Of a stretch of DNA of 32,000 nucleotides, positions 7,263-18,232 are shown one piece after another (the first letter of the stretch is position 1; each line of letters begins with the position of its first letter). The notes below the pieces were generated by a model, which did not search any database, was not told where the DNA came from, and was given only the letters and a program-made list of their open reading frames with translations. Position numbers and translations under genes: made by a program. The stretch comes from Mycobacterium tuberculosis H37Rv (GTDB lineage: Bacteria; Actinomycetota; Actinomycetes; Mycobacteriales; Mycobacteriaceae), in assembly GCF_000195955.2 (NCBI RefSeq), contig NC_000962.3, forward strand, positions 30,001-62,000, in the 5' to 3' direction.

Positions 7263-8947
7263 CGGCGGCCTTGCTTTCACCAGCCATCGCCTGGCAGCAG
7301 ATCTCGGCTTGCACGGACCGCACGCTGACGATCACTTGCGAGGATTCCGAGGTAATCAGCTATCAGGACCTCATCGCGCGCGCGGCGGCATGCATCCCCC
7401 CGCTACGGCGTCTTGACCTCAAACGCGGTGAACCCGTGCTGATCACCGCCCACACCAACCTGGAATTCCTGTCCTGCTTTTTGGGCCTCATGCTCCATGG
7501 CGCTGTGCCGGTACCCATCCCGCCGCGGGAGGCACTGAAGACCACCGAGCGTTTCATGACTCGGCTCGGCCCACTGCTGCGCCATCACCGCGTGCTGATC
7601 TGCACACCGGCCGAACACGACGAGATACGCGCTGCCGCCAGCACCGACTGCCAGATCAGCAGATTTACTGCCCTAGCCGAGGCTGGCGACGAGCAGTTCG
7701 GCCGCGCCACGGCCCAGCAACTCGCCGACACCGCCACCGCCGACTGGCCGCTATGCACCCTCGACGACGACGCCTACGTCCAATACACCTCTGGCAGCAC
7801 CGCAGCACCACGCGGAGTGGTCATCACCTACCGCAACCTGCTGTCCAACATGCGCGCAATGGCCGTGGGCTCACAATTCCAGCACGGCGATGTCATGGGC
7901 AGCTGGCTGCCCTTGCACCATGACATGGGGCTGGTGGGCAGCCTATTCGCCGCACTCTTCAACAGTGTCAGCGCGGTATTCACCACGCCACACCGGTTTC
8001 TGTATGACCCGTTGGGATTCCTCAGACTGCTCACCAGCTCCGGGGCTACCCACACGTTCATGCCTAACTTCGCTCTGGAGTGGCTGATCAACGCCTACCA
8101 CAGGCGCGGCGCCGACATCGAAGGCATCGACCTACACAAAATGCGCCGCTTGATCATCGCCTCCGAACCCGTCCATGCCGAGGGCATGCGGAGATTCGCC
8201 GCCACCTTCGCCGGCGTCGGACTTGCCCCCACGGCCCTGGGTTCGGGCTATGGCCTGGCCGAAGCGACCGTCGCCGTGTCGATGTCAGCGCCCAACACGG
8301 GATTCCGCACCGAAACCCACGCCGCCGCGGAGGTCGTCACCGGCGGCCGAGTGCTGCCTGGCTACGAGGTGCGCATTGACGCCGCACCAGGTGCCCGGGC
8401 CGGAACGATCAAACTGCGCGGCGACAGCGTGGCCGCCAAAGCCTATGTGGGCGGGAAGAAGCTGGACGCGCTCGACGAGGAAGGCTTCTGCGACACCCAC
8501 GACTTGGGTTTTCTTGTAGACGACGAAATCGTCATCCTTGGCCGGCAGGACGAGGTGTTCATTGTCCACGGAGAAAACAGATTCCCCTACGACATCGAGT
8601 TCATCATTCGCGGGGAATCCGAGCAGCACCGGACCAAAGTCGCATGTTTCGGGGTCAACGAACGCGTCGTGGTTGTGTTGGAAAGCCCATTGGACAGCAT
8701 CATCGACAAGGCCGAAGCCGACCGACTGAGATGTCAAGTCGTTGCCGCGACTGGGCTGCAGTTGGATGAACTGATCACGGTTCGGCGCGGCGCGATTCCC
8801 ACCACCACCAGCGGCAAGCTCAAACGACGCGCCGTCGCGCAGGCTTATCGAGACGGCACACTGCCCCGTCTTGCCACCCACGCGTGGACGGCGGATCCCG
8901 ATAGCGCTCCCAAAACGACCCGGTCCAGCCTGGAAGGCGCCCACTGA
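7259..8947 (+). CDS. fadD34: Fatty-acyl-AMP ligase (FAAL-like adenylate-forming enzyme), 562 aa
   Basis: AMP-binding motifs YVQYTSGSTAAPRGVVITYRNL, GSGYGLAEATVAVS, DLGFLVDDEIVILGRQDEVFIVHGENRFPYDIE; C-terminal SGKLKRRAV. Confidence 0.93.
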   Translation: MTAALLSPAIAWQQISACTDRTLTITCEDSEVISYQDLIARAAACIPPLRRLDLKRGEPVLITAHTNLEFLSCFLGLMLHGAVPVPIPPREALKTTERFMTRLGPLLRHHRVLICTPAEHDEIRAAASTDCQISRFTALAEAGDEQFGRATAQQLADTATADWPLCTLDDDAYVQYTSGSTAAPRGVVITYRNLLSNMRAMAVGSQFQHGDVMGSWLPLHHDMGLVGSLFAALFNSVSAVFTTPHRFLYDPLGFLRLLTSSGATHTFMPNFALEWLINAYHRRGADIEGIDLHKMRRLIIASEPVHAEGMRRFAATFAGVGLAPTALGSGYGLAEATVAVSMSAPNTGFRTETHAAAEVVTGGRVLPGYEVRIDAAPGARAGTIKLRGDSVAAKAYVGGKKLDALDEEGFCDTHDLGFLVDDEIVILGRQDEVFIVHGENRFPYDIEFIIRGESEQHRTKVACFGVNERVVVVLESPLDSIIDKAEADRLRCQVVAATGLQLDELITVRRGAIPTTTSGKLKRRAVAQAYRDGTLPRLATHAWTADPDSAPKTTRSSLEGAH

Positions 8948-8982
8948 TCTTCCACTGACGTCTCATCAAACCCCCGGGGCGC

Positions 8983-9065
8983 TCGCGCGCTGGGCGCGCT
9001 CATCGACCGGGGCTTGGGTTGATTGGCCCCGGCTCTCTTCGCGCGCTGGGCGCGCTCATCGACCG
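8983..9065. repeat. Two perfect direct copies of a 27-mer (tcgcgcgctgggcgcgctcatcgaccg) at 8983-9009 and 9039-9065, 56 bp period
   Basis: Direct reading of the sequence between fadD34 and the Rv0036c-like gene. The second copy includes the stop codon of the minus-strand gene. Confidence 0.95.
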
Positions 9066-9829
9066 CGGCCGGGTGGCCCGGCGAAAGCTTGGGCGATCGT
9101 CAGCCAGCGTTGTGCGTCCTCCCCTACTGCGTTGACGTCAAGAGTGCTCAGCGCGCGCCGCTGGGTGACCAGGAAGCAGAAGTCCTCGGCGGACCCGGTG
9201 ACCCGCTGGGCCGCATCGGATGGCCCCCAAGACCAAGTGTCGCCGCTCGGTCCCCGCAGCTCGACCAGGAACGGCTCGGCCGGAGGGGTTAGGTTGTTGA
9301 CGATGAACGCGTAGTCGCGGGTGCGGACACCGAGATGCGCAATAGACCGCAGTCGCTGGGTGGCGGGCCGGATGACGCCCAGGGCGTCGGCGACGTCCAG
9401 TCCATGTGCCCAGGTCTCCATCAACCGCGCTGTTGCCATCGACGCCGCGCTCATCGGTGGCCCGAACCAGGCCAATTTGCGGCCATCGGGAACCGCCAGC
9501 AGTTCCTCGTGCAGCCGCCCCCGAGTGACCCGCCAGTCTGTGAGCAGTTCGGCAGGTGAAACGGCCGCCAGTTCTGTCGCGGCGTCGTCGACGAAACCGG
9601 CCGGATTGGCCGCGGCGGCGGTCATCAGCTCGGCGAACCCGGCCTCGTCGGTGACCGCCGTCAGCGCCACTCGATCGGTCCACAGCAGGTGGCCGATCTG
9701 GTGTGCGATGGTCCAACCCGGCGCAGGTGTCGGATCGGCCCAGCGATCCGCTGGCAGATGCGCCACCAGCGCGTCGAGGTCGTCGCTTTCGGCACGCAGG
9801 TCTGCCACGAACGGCCCAGGATCCGCCAT
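9056..9829 (-). CDS. DinB-superfamily/maleylpyruvate-isomerase-like protein, 257 aa (Rv0036c-like)
   Basis: [52 protein letters not shown]... ATG at 9829. The listed 777 aa ORF extends upstream antisense/out of frame through the next gene and is not credible as one protein. Confidence 0.88.
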
Positions 9830-9876
9830 CACCACCTCCTGAGGTAACAGTTCGTCGGGAAAGGCATGTTTGTACC

Positions 9877-11202
9877 CTAGCGACCGATCACAGGCTGGCC
9901 GCGGCGCCCGACGATGGTGTGCACCACCAGCCCGGCTAGGTAGATCGCCGACCCGAACAGCACAAATACGGGCGCGTGCCCGTGCTCGGGAATCAAGGCT
10001 GCGGCCACGGTAATCGAGAGGATGTATGAGACCCAAAACAGTGCATCCTGCACGGCGAACACGTGCCCGCGCAATGCGTCGTCGACGTCCATCTGCATCG
10101 CCGAATCGGCGCACAGCTTGACCACCTGGCCGGCCACACCTAAAAGGAAGCCGCATACCACCATCACCGGGACCAGCAGCCCGGCGGCCGCGACCTGGAT
10201 AGTGGCGGCCGCAGCCAACGCGCCATTTGCCGTGGCGTAGCGTCCCCAGCGCCGGATCGCGGTCGGAGTCAAGACGTTGGCCAGGAAGGCTCCCAGCCCG
10301 GTGGCCGCGAAGAACAGCAGTGCGGTACCCAACCCCCCAACGGCCCGGGCGGTCACGTGGCGGACCAGGAGCAAGATCAGCAGTGAGTTGATACCGACCA
10401 CCATCCGATGCGCTGCCAAACCGGACAGGCCGGCAGCGACGGTCGGAAGTTGCACCACGGTGCGCGCTCCATGTAGCCAACCGGTGACCACGGCGTAGAC
10501 AGCAGATCCGTGGATCGCGCGTTCGGTGTCGTCCGGGCCGAGTACCCGCGGGCCGAACCGCAGCGACCAAAGCAACGCGATCGATACGGGGATCGCCACC
10601 AGGAAGACGATCGCGGAGGCCCCCTCGTCGCCGCTGCCGAGCAGCCAACGAGGCAACAGCATGAAGTTGGCGCCCAGGAACGCGGAGACCGCCCCCGACG
10701 CGATGGCCACCGAGTTCATCGTGACCACCTGTTCGCGCGGCACCACGTGGGGCAGTGCCGCCGACAGTCCCGAGGCGACGAATCGTGCCAAGCCGTTGGC
10801 GACCAGCGCTCCGACCAACAGCGGCACGTCGCCGGCTCCGACCGCGAGTATCGTGCCGACCCCGGCGATCAGGGCTAGCCGGCCGGTGTTGGCGCCAACC
10901 AGCACCCACCGCCGATCCCACCGGTCCATTAGGGCCCCGGCGAAGGGCCCCAGCAGCGAATAGGGCAGAAACAGCACCGCGAAGGCCCCCGCGATGGCCA
11001 TCGGGTCGGCCGCCCGGTCCGGGTTGAACAGCAACGCTCCGGCCAGCCCCGCCTGAAACAACCCGTCGCCGAACTGACTCGCAACCCGCACCTGCAGCAG
11101 ACGCCAGAAGTCGGGCAAGCTGCGCACCGACCGCCAAACGTCGACGGGTGCGCGTGCGTGCATCCGGGAGTGAATCACTAAACCCACTTCCACCCTGGGC
11201 AC
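9877..11202 (-). CDS. Major facilitator superfamily transporter, 441 aa (Rv0037c-like); alternative ATG start at 11163
   Basis: Repeated hydrophobic segments; MFS motif between TM2 and TM3 ([26 protein letters not shown]). Start taken as GTG at 11202 ([23 protein letters not shown]). Confidence 0.88.
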
Positions 11203-11303
11203 AGGCAAGGTTCGGTCCACCCCGTGCCGCCCCAACCACAGTACAAATATTCGCCGACCCTGCTTGTTCGCCCCGGGCGATGCGACGGTGGTGCGATGAT
11301 GGT

Positions 11304-11912
11304 GTGGTGGCGCCGCACGAAGACCCCGAGGACCATGTCGCACCCGCCGCACAACGGGTGCGAGCGGGCACCTTATTGTTGGCCAACACCGATCTCCTTG
11401 AACCGACATTTCGCCGCAGTGTGATCTACATCGTGGAGCACAACGACGGCGGCACCCTCGGTGTGGTCCTCAATCGGCCCAGCGAAACCGCGGTCTACAA
11501 CGTGTTGCCGCAGTGGGCCAAACTCGCGGCCAAGCCAAAGACAATGTTCATCGGTGGGCCGGTGAAGCGCGACGCGGCGCTGTGTCTGGCGGTATTGCGG
11601 GTTGGCGCTGACCCGGAAGGCGTGCCGGGCCTAAGGCATGTCGCGGGCAGGCTGGTGATGGTCGATCTGGATGCCGACCCCGAGGTGCTCGCAGCGGCGG
11701 TGGAAGGGGTGCGCATCTACGCCGGGTACTCCGGCTGGACCATCGGTCAGCTCGAAGGTGAAATCGAGCGCGACGACTGGATTGTGTTGTCGGCGTTGCC
11801 ATCTGACGTTTTGGTGGGGCCGAGAGCCGACCTGTGGGGGCAGGTGCTGCGACGGCAGCCGCTGCCGCTGTCGCTGCTGGCCACCCACCCGATCGATCTG
11901 AGCCGGAACTAG
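11304..11912 (+). CDS. UPF0301/YqgE (AlgH-like) family protein, 202 aa (Rv0038-like)
   Basis: [42 protein letters not shown]...[24 protein letters not shown] is characteristic of YqgE. The track's 11148 start is upstream and overlaps the divergent gene. Confidence 0.92.
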
Positions 11913-12003
11913 GCTACTCCGCCGCCGAGCTTGCCAGAGCAGCGCGTCGCGTCGCCGCGGTCGAGCCAGGCGATCCGGCCCAGCCTAGTGGGCCACAGGC
12001 TGT

Positions 12004-12351
12004 TCAATGACAGGCCTGGGTGCAGACCGCGCAGCTGCCAACGCAGTTGGCGGTGGGGCTAGCGGTTTCACGGCGCAGCGCGTACTGGGCGCTCTGCCAC
12101 GACCCCGCGGCCAGCGTGCCGACCGCGCCCGCAATGCAGACGATCACCACCATCAAGGCGGTGTGCCCGGGCGCGGCCACCGCCACCACTCCCCCGGCGG
12201 CCAGCATTACTGCGGCTGCCAACTGCGTGGGCGCCATCGCGCGCAGCGCCAGCGCCGTGGGGTCGGCAGTGGGCGTATGGCACAGCGACCAGCTCCCGAA
12301 CAGGGCGGACGCCGCCGCCGCACACATGCACAGCACACCCGCGAGGAACAT
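12004..12351 (-). CDS. Small transmembrane protein with Cys-rich C-terminus, 115 aa (Rv0039c-like)
   Basis: About three hydrophobic segments, then C-terminal NCVGSCAVCTQACH. Complete ORF. Confidence 0.8.
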   Translation of the reverse strand: MFLAGVLCMCAAAASALFGSWSLCHTPTADPTALALRAMAPTQLAAAVMLAAGGVVAVAAPGHTALMVVIVCIAGAVGTLAAGSWQSAQYALRRETASPTANCVGSCAVCTQACH

Positions 12352-12432
12352 TCGTTCACCATACGAGGCCGCCGACGAATCCGCTCACCGAGCTCCATGC
12401 GGGCCCGTGTTTCTGCTCGGCCTCATCGCGAC

Positions 12433-13365
12433 CTAGCGCGGCGGGACTGGTGTCAGGGTGCCCGCGGGCGGATACCCAGGCGCCTGCCCGGGTAGTCCCA
12501 CCGGTGCCGAACCGGGTGCCGGGGCAGGCGCCTGAGCGGGCGCCGCATGCGCAACCACTTGGAATCCGTTGACAATCGCATCGGTGGCCGGCCCGTCGGT
12601 GACCGCCTGCGACAGCGCGGTGGTCACCGACAGCGAAACCAGGTACTTGTCGGCTCCGGAGGTGGCGATGACGTGGCGCCGGGAGGTGTTGAGGGTCATG
12701 TCGTTTTCGCGGTAGGTGCCCTCGATGATTGATGACGGAAAGCCGTCGAAATTGGCCATCGAGGCGTTTGTGGTCTGCCATGCGAGCAATTTCTGGCTGT
12801 CAATGTAGCCGTGTGTGATGGCCTCAGCGGGATCGAAGTCACCGATCAGCCTATACACCACCAGCTGCGCATTCGACGTGTAGACGCTGTTGCCCAACCG
12901 GTCGGCGATCACCACGAACGCGTCGGGCACGTTGGGGTCGGGCACCTGAGTCCAGCGCGGCGGCATGGGCAGTGTGATGTCGAGCGCCTTGAATCCGTGC
13001 GGTCGCTGTGCCTCCAGCTTGACGCCCTTCTCCCGGAGGTGGTCCCGAAGTGTGCCGCTGATCGCGGGAGTCACTGGCGGCGGCAGCGGGGGCACAGCGG
13101 TGGACCCGGGTGCTCCGACCGGAATCGGCGACGCGATCGGTGCGGGTGCTGGCGCCGGTGAGAACCTGTTGCTGCTCCCGCCCGGAAGCGCCGTGAGGTT
13201 CTGCACGGGCGGGACTGTTGCCGGCGCCGAGACTGGGGCAGGGATAGGCGGCGGTGGCAGCAGGGGATCCGCTGAGGCCTTCCCGGCGGTGACCAGCACC
13301 ACGCCGATGAAACCGGTGGCCATGCCGCCTGCGAAGACCCGCCAGGTGCGCGCGATCTGGATCAT
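12433..13365 (-). CDS. mtc28: Secreted proline-rich protein Mtc28-like, 310 aa; ORF can extend to 13503
   Basis: [44 protein letters not shown]... signal peptide followed by a Pro-rich stretch; ATG at 13365. Confidence 0.92.
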
Positions 13366-13561
13366 TTGCGTCGGTCCCTCCGAATGGCCGGGCGACGGTG
13401 CCCGTCGTCGAGGCTGAATGTAACCAGCGCTCCATGGCAGTGCACAGGCTTGAAATGCAGCTGGAATGAACCTCTGATCGTGGTGCAACGGAACCGAGAC
13501 CAACCCGTGGCCGGTAGCGCGGCCCCGGAGGTTCCCGGGCCACCCTTATACCCTGTTGGGC

Positions 13562-16471
13562 GTGACCGAATCGCCAACCGCTGGGCCTGGCGGCGTGCCC
13601 CGTGCCGACGACGCGGACTCCGACGTGCCACGGTACCGCTATACCGCCGAGCTCGCGGCTAGGCTGGAACGGACCTGGCAGGAAAACTGGGCCCGGCTAG
13701 GGACGTTCAACGTGCCCAACCCGGTCGGCTCGCTGGCCCCACCGGATGGTGCCGCGGTGCCTGACGACAAGCTCTTCGTGCAGGACATGTTCCCCTACCC
13801 CTCGGGTGAGGGACTCCACGTTGGTCATCCCCTCGGCTACATCGCGACCGACGTCTATGCCCGCTATTTCCGGATGGTGGGCCGTAATGTGCTGCATGCG
13901 CTAGGGTTCGACGCGTTCGGGCTGCCCGCCGAGCAATACGCGGTACAAACCGGCACCCATCCGCGTACCCGGACCGAAGCCAACGTCGTCAACTTTCGCC
14001 GCCAGTTGGGCCGGCTGGGCTTCGGCCACGACAGCCGACGAAGCTTCTCGACCACCGATGTCGACTTCTACAGGTGGACTCAGTGGATCTTCCTACAGAT
14101 ATACAACGCGTGGTTCGACACCACAGCCAACAAGGCGCGCCCGATATCAGAGCTGGTCGCCGAATTCGAGTCCGGTGCAAGGTGTCTCGATGGCGGCCGG
14201 GATTGGGCCAAGTTGACCGCGGGGGAGCGAGCCGATGTGATCGACGAGTACCGGCTGGTCTATCGGGCGGATTCGCTGGTGAACTGGTGCCCGGGGCTAG
14301 GTACGGTGCTTGCCAACGAAGAGGTGACCGCCGACGGCCGCAGCGACCGGGGCAATTTTCCGGTGTTCCGGAAGCGGTTGCGGCAATGGATGATGCGGAT
14401 CACCGCCTATGCCGACCGGCTGCTCGACGACCTGGATGTGCTGGATTGGCCTGAGCAGGTCAAGACCATGCAGCGCAACTGGATCGGGCGTTCGACGGGT
14501 GCGGTGGCGCTGTTCTCGGCGAGAGCGGCCAGCGATGACGGGTTCGAAGTCGACATCGAGGTGTTCACCACGCGGCCCGACACCTTGTTCGGCGCCACGT
14601 ATCTGGTGCTGGCTCCCGAGCACGACTTGGTCGACGAGTTGGTCGCCGCGTCCTGGCCGGCTGGGGTCAACCCCTTGTGGACATACGGCGGCGGCACACC
14701 TGGTGAGGCCATCGCCGCCTACCGGCGTGCGATCGCCGCCAAATCAGACCTCGAGCGCCAGGAGAGCAGGGAAAAGACCGGCGTCTTCTTGGGCAGCTAC
14801 GCCATCAACCCGGCCAACGGTGAGCCGGTGCCGATCTTCATCGCCGACTACGTGCTGGCCGGGTACGGTACCGGGGCAATCATGGCGGTGCCGGGTCATG
14901 ACCAGCGGGACTGGGACTTCGCTCGGGCATTTGGTCTACCGATCGTGGAAGTAATTGCCGGCGGCAATATTTCGGAATCCGCGTATACAGGCGATGGCAT
15001 CCTGGTCAACTCGGATTACCTCAATGGAATGAGCGTGCCAGCAGCAAAGCGGGCCATCGTCGACCGGTTGGAGTCCGCGGGCCGCGGCCGGGCTCGAATC
15101 GAATTCAAATTGCGCGACTGGCTTTTTGCGCGGCAGCGGTATTGGGGTGAACCATTCCCGATCGTCTATGACAGCGACGGGCGTCCGCATGCGCTCGACG
15201 AAGCTGCACTGCCCGTCGAGCTGCCTGATGTCCCGGACTACTCGCCGGTTTTGTTCGACCCCGACGATGCGGACAGCGAGCCTTCGCCCCCACTGGCCAA
15301 GGCGACTGAGTGGGTACACGTCGACCTGGACCTCGGTGATGGCCTGAAGCCCTACAGCCGCGACACCAACGTGATGCCGCAGTGGGCGGGCAGCTCCTGG
15401 TATGAACTGCGCTACACCGATCCGCACAACTCAGAACGGTTCTGCGCCAAGGAAAACGAGGCCTATTGGATGGGACCGCGGCCGGCTGAGCACGGCCCGG
15501 ACGACCCCGGTGGCGTCGACTTGTACGTCGGCGGTGCTGAACACGCGGTTTTGCACCTGCTGTATTCCAGGTTCTGGCACAAGGTCTTGTACGACCTGGG
15601 TCACGTCAGCTCTCGCGAGCCTTACCGCAGGCTGGTCAATCAGGGCTATATTCAAGCTTACGCTTACACCGATGCGCGCGGATCCTATGTCCCTGCCGAG
15701 CAGGTGATCGAACGCGGTGACAGATTTGTCTATCCTGGACCTGACGGTGAGGTCGAAGTTTTCCAGGAATTCGGCAAAATCGGTAAGAGCCTGAAGAATT
15801 CGGTATCGCCGGACGAAATCTGCGACGCATACGGGGCAGATACGCTTCGGGTTTACGAGATGTCGATGGGGCCGCTGGAGGCTTCACGTCCATGGGCCAC
15901 AAAGGATGTTGTCGGCGCGTACCGTTTTCTGCAGCGGGTGTGGCGCTTGGTCGTCGACGAGCACACCGGCGAAACTCGGGTGGCTGACGGCGTGGAACTC
16001 GACATCGATACGCTACGGGCGTTGCACCGCACCATCGTCGGCGTGTCAGAAGACTTTGCGGCACTTCGCAATAACACCGCAACGGCTAAGTTGATCGAAT
16101 ACACGAACCACCTCACCAAGAAGCATCGTGATGCGGTGCCTCGGGCCGCCGTGGAGCCGCTTGTACAAATGCTGGCTCCGCTGGCCCCACATATTGCCGA
16201 GGAGCTGTGGCTGCGACTGGGCAACACCACCTCGTTGGCACACGGCCCGTTCCCGAAGGCCGATGCCGCCTACCTCGTCGACGAGACGGTCGAGTATCCG
16301 GTGCAGGTGAACGGCAAGGTACGTGGCCGGGTGGTGGTGGCCGCCGACACCGACGAGGAAACGCTGAAAGCCGCCGTTCTGACCGACGAAAAGGTCCAGG
16401 CATTCTTGGCTGGTGCCACCCCGCGCAAGGTTATCGTGGTCGCCGGCCGGCTGGTCAATCTCGTCATCTAG
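13562..16471 (+). CDS. leuS: Leucyl-tRNA synthetase, 969 aa (possible start also at 13556)
   Basis: HIGH-region [23 protein letters not shown]; LeuRS-type zinc/editing regions; KMSKS-equivalent [30 protein letters not shown]. Confidence 0.98.
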
Positions 16472-16580
16472 GTCGTGTCGGCGGTGCCGACGGTGGGCGA
16501 GGTAATCCGCGGGGTAGTTCGTTGTATGCGTTACGCCGCGAGAGCCGGCGGCGACCAGATTGGTTGATAGCGTGGTACTT

Positions 16581-17207
16581 TCACGCTCGTTTGCGAGCAG
16601 GGGAGTTGCTTGCAGGGCCACTGGCCGGTTCGCCCGAGGCGAGACGCTCCAGTGGCGCCAGGGCCTTCCTGAGGGTTTCCAAGTCGGAGCGGGGAAGTTG
16701 GCTGAGCAGCGCGGCCAGAGCCGCGCGCCGGTTGGCCAGTGACTCACCGTGAACCGCCCGCCCTTGCGGCGTGATGTCTACCAACACCGCCCGCAAGTCG
16801 GACGGGTCTCGCGAGCGTTTCACCAGTCCAATCTTCTCGAGCCGCCGGATCGCCACGGTGGTGGTGGGAGTTCGCACCCGTTCGTGAGCGGCCAGGTCGG
16901 TCATCCGGATGGGACCTTGATCGAGCAGGGTGACCAGGATCGACAGTTGCGCCAGCGTTAGGTCGCCGGCTGCAGCCCCGTTGGGATCCCCGCGGCGCAG
17001 CATTGAAATCAGCTTGGACAATGCGCGGTGCAGCCCCTCCGCCAGTTGGGTCACTTCCGGTGCGGTGAATTCGCTGTCCGCCATAAACCGGCAGTCTAAC
17101 CTGACATGCGTGTGACCGTAGACTTGTGTCGGGCGACCTTTGACCGCCAATGCATTTGGTCCCGAAATCCGCTGCATTTTCTTGCCAATCGAGCGGACAA
17201 CACTCAT
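16581..17207 (-). CDS. MarR-family transcriptional regulator, 208 aa; more likely true start at ATG 17084 (MADSEFTAPEVTQ...)
   Basis: DLTLAQLSILVTLLDQGPIRMTDLAAHERVRTPTTTVAIRRLEKIGLVKRSRDPSDLRAVLVDITPQG is a canonical MarR winged-helix region. Confidence 0.93.
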   Translation of the reverse strand: MSVVRSIGKKMQRISGPNALAVKGRPTQVYGHTHVRLDCRFMADSEFTAPEVTQLAEGLHRALSKLISMLRRGDPNGAAAGDLTLAQLSILVTLLDQGPIRMTDLAAHERVRTPTTTVAIRRLEKIGLVKRSRDPSDLRAVLVDITPQGRAVHGESLANRRAALAALLSQLPRSDLETLRKALAPLERLASGEPASGPASNSPARKRA

Positions 17208-17365
17208 GTCATGGCTGACTACCTACATTGTCAGTTCTGCCGGATCCATGGTCAGTGATGTCGAATGCCACTGACCGCCAACGGAAACCGGCTCTCGCGT
17301 TAACGGGACAGTCAATATTGGAGACGCCGGCAGCCGCTGCTGGCTTCACCATCGGATCGGCGTAA

Positions 17366-18100
17366 TTAGGGCACCGGTGAGGAGGGCTGGTAGCTTCTGG
17401 CGAAGCCAGGGATCGGCGCCCCAAACGGGCCGGGACAAGCGCCCTCGGGCGGGACCAATACTCGGCGGCGGAACAGTTCGGCCAGCATCGTCTGGGCCAT
17501 CAGCTCGGAACGGCCGATGCAGGCAGCCCTCGCAGCTTCAGGTTCGCGCCGATGGATTGCGGCGTTCTCTTCCTCGTAGAACGGCAACACGTCGTCGCGG
17601 CTGTTTTGGTATGTCATCCAGAACACTCGCGGAATCAGGTTCTGTGAGGCCCGGATGGTGGCGTGCAGCCGCGGTCCTGCGTACTCGTCGTTGACCGTGC
17701 GCCGGTACTCCCACACGCATTCGGCGAAGGCCCGCGACTCCTTGGAGTTGCGCAGCGATCGCATGACTGCGTCGAGCTGGCCCAGGATCCGAGGCGTGGG
17801 GTTGGCGGCTGCGCGGGCAGAGGCAATGCCGTTGAGCAAGCCGTCGAGTTCGTGATGTTCCAGGATGGTGGCGACGTCGAACCGCTCGATGAACGCGCCG
17901 CGGTGATAGCGAGTCGACACAATGCCGTCGTGTTCGAGTTGAACCAGCGCCTCTTGGATGGGAACCCGGCTGACCCCCAGGCCGTGCGCGATTTCATTGC
18001 GGTCGACGCGGTCCCCGCTGCGCAGTTTGCCGGTCAATAGCAGGTTGAGGATGTGGGCGACAACCTGGTCCTTTTCCTTAACCCCGTACTTTTTTGGCAT
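17366..18100 (-). CDS. GntR-family (FadR/FCD-like) transcriptional regulator, 244 aa
   Basis: [65 protein letters not shown] signature. Confidence 0.93.
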
Positions 18101-18232
18101 CGGTATCTAGCATCTCTTTCAGCCCGCTGCAGCCATCCGGCGCTGGCAAGTTTCTCATGACTCGGCGTCTGCGTTGTGGTGTTTCCCAGATGAAGCCGGG
18201 GGTAACGCGATCTGACAGACGTCAACCGGAGT

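Noticed and set aside
8285-8944. 219-aa minus-strand ORF within fadD34
   Set aside because: Antisense to conserved AMP-ligase motifs; compositional artefact.
9830-11389. N-terminal extension of the 777-aa minus-strand ORF covering the MFS transporter
   Set aside because: Arg/Gly-rich out-of-frame reading of the transporter gene. Only the last 257 codons (ATG at 9829) are protein-like.
14950-16100. Locally AT-richer blocks within leuS as sign of recombination
   Set aside because: Reading frame and LeuRS motifs are continuous. Without comparative data this is not distinguishable from normal within-gene variation.
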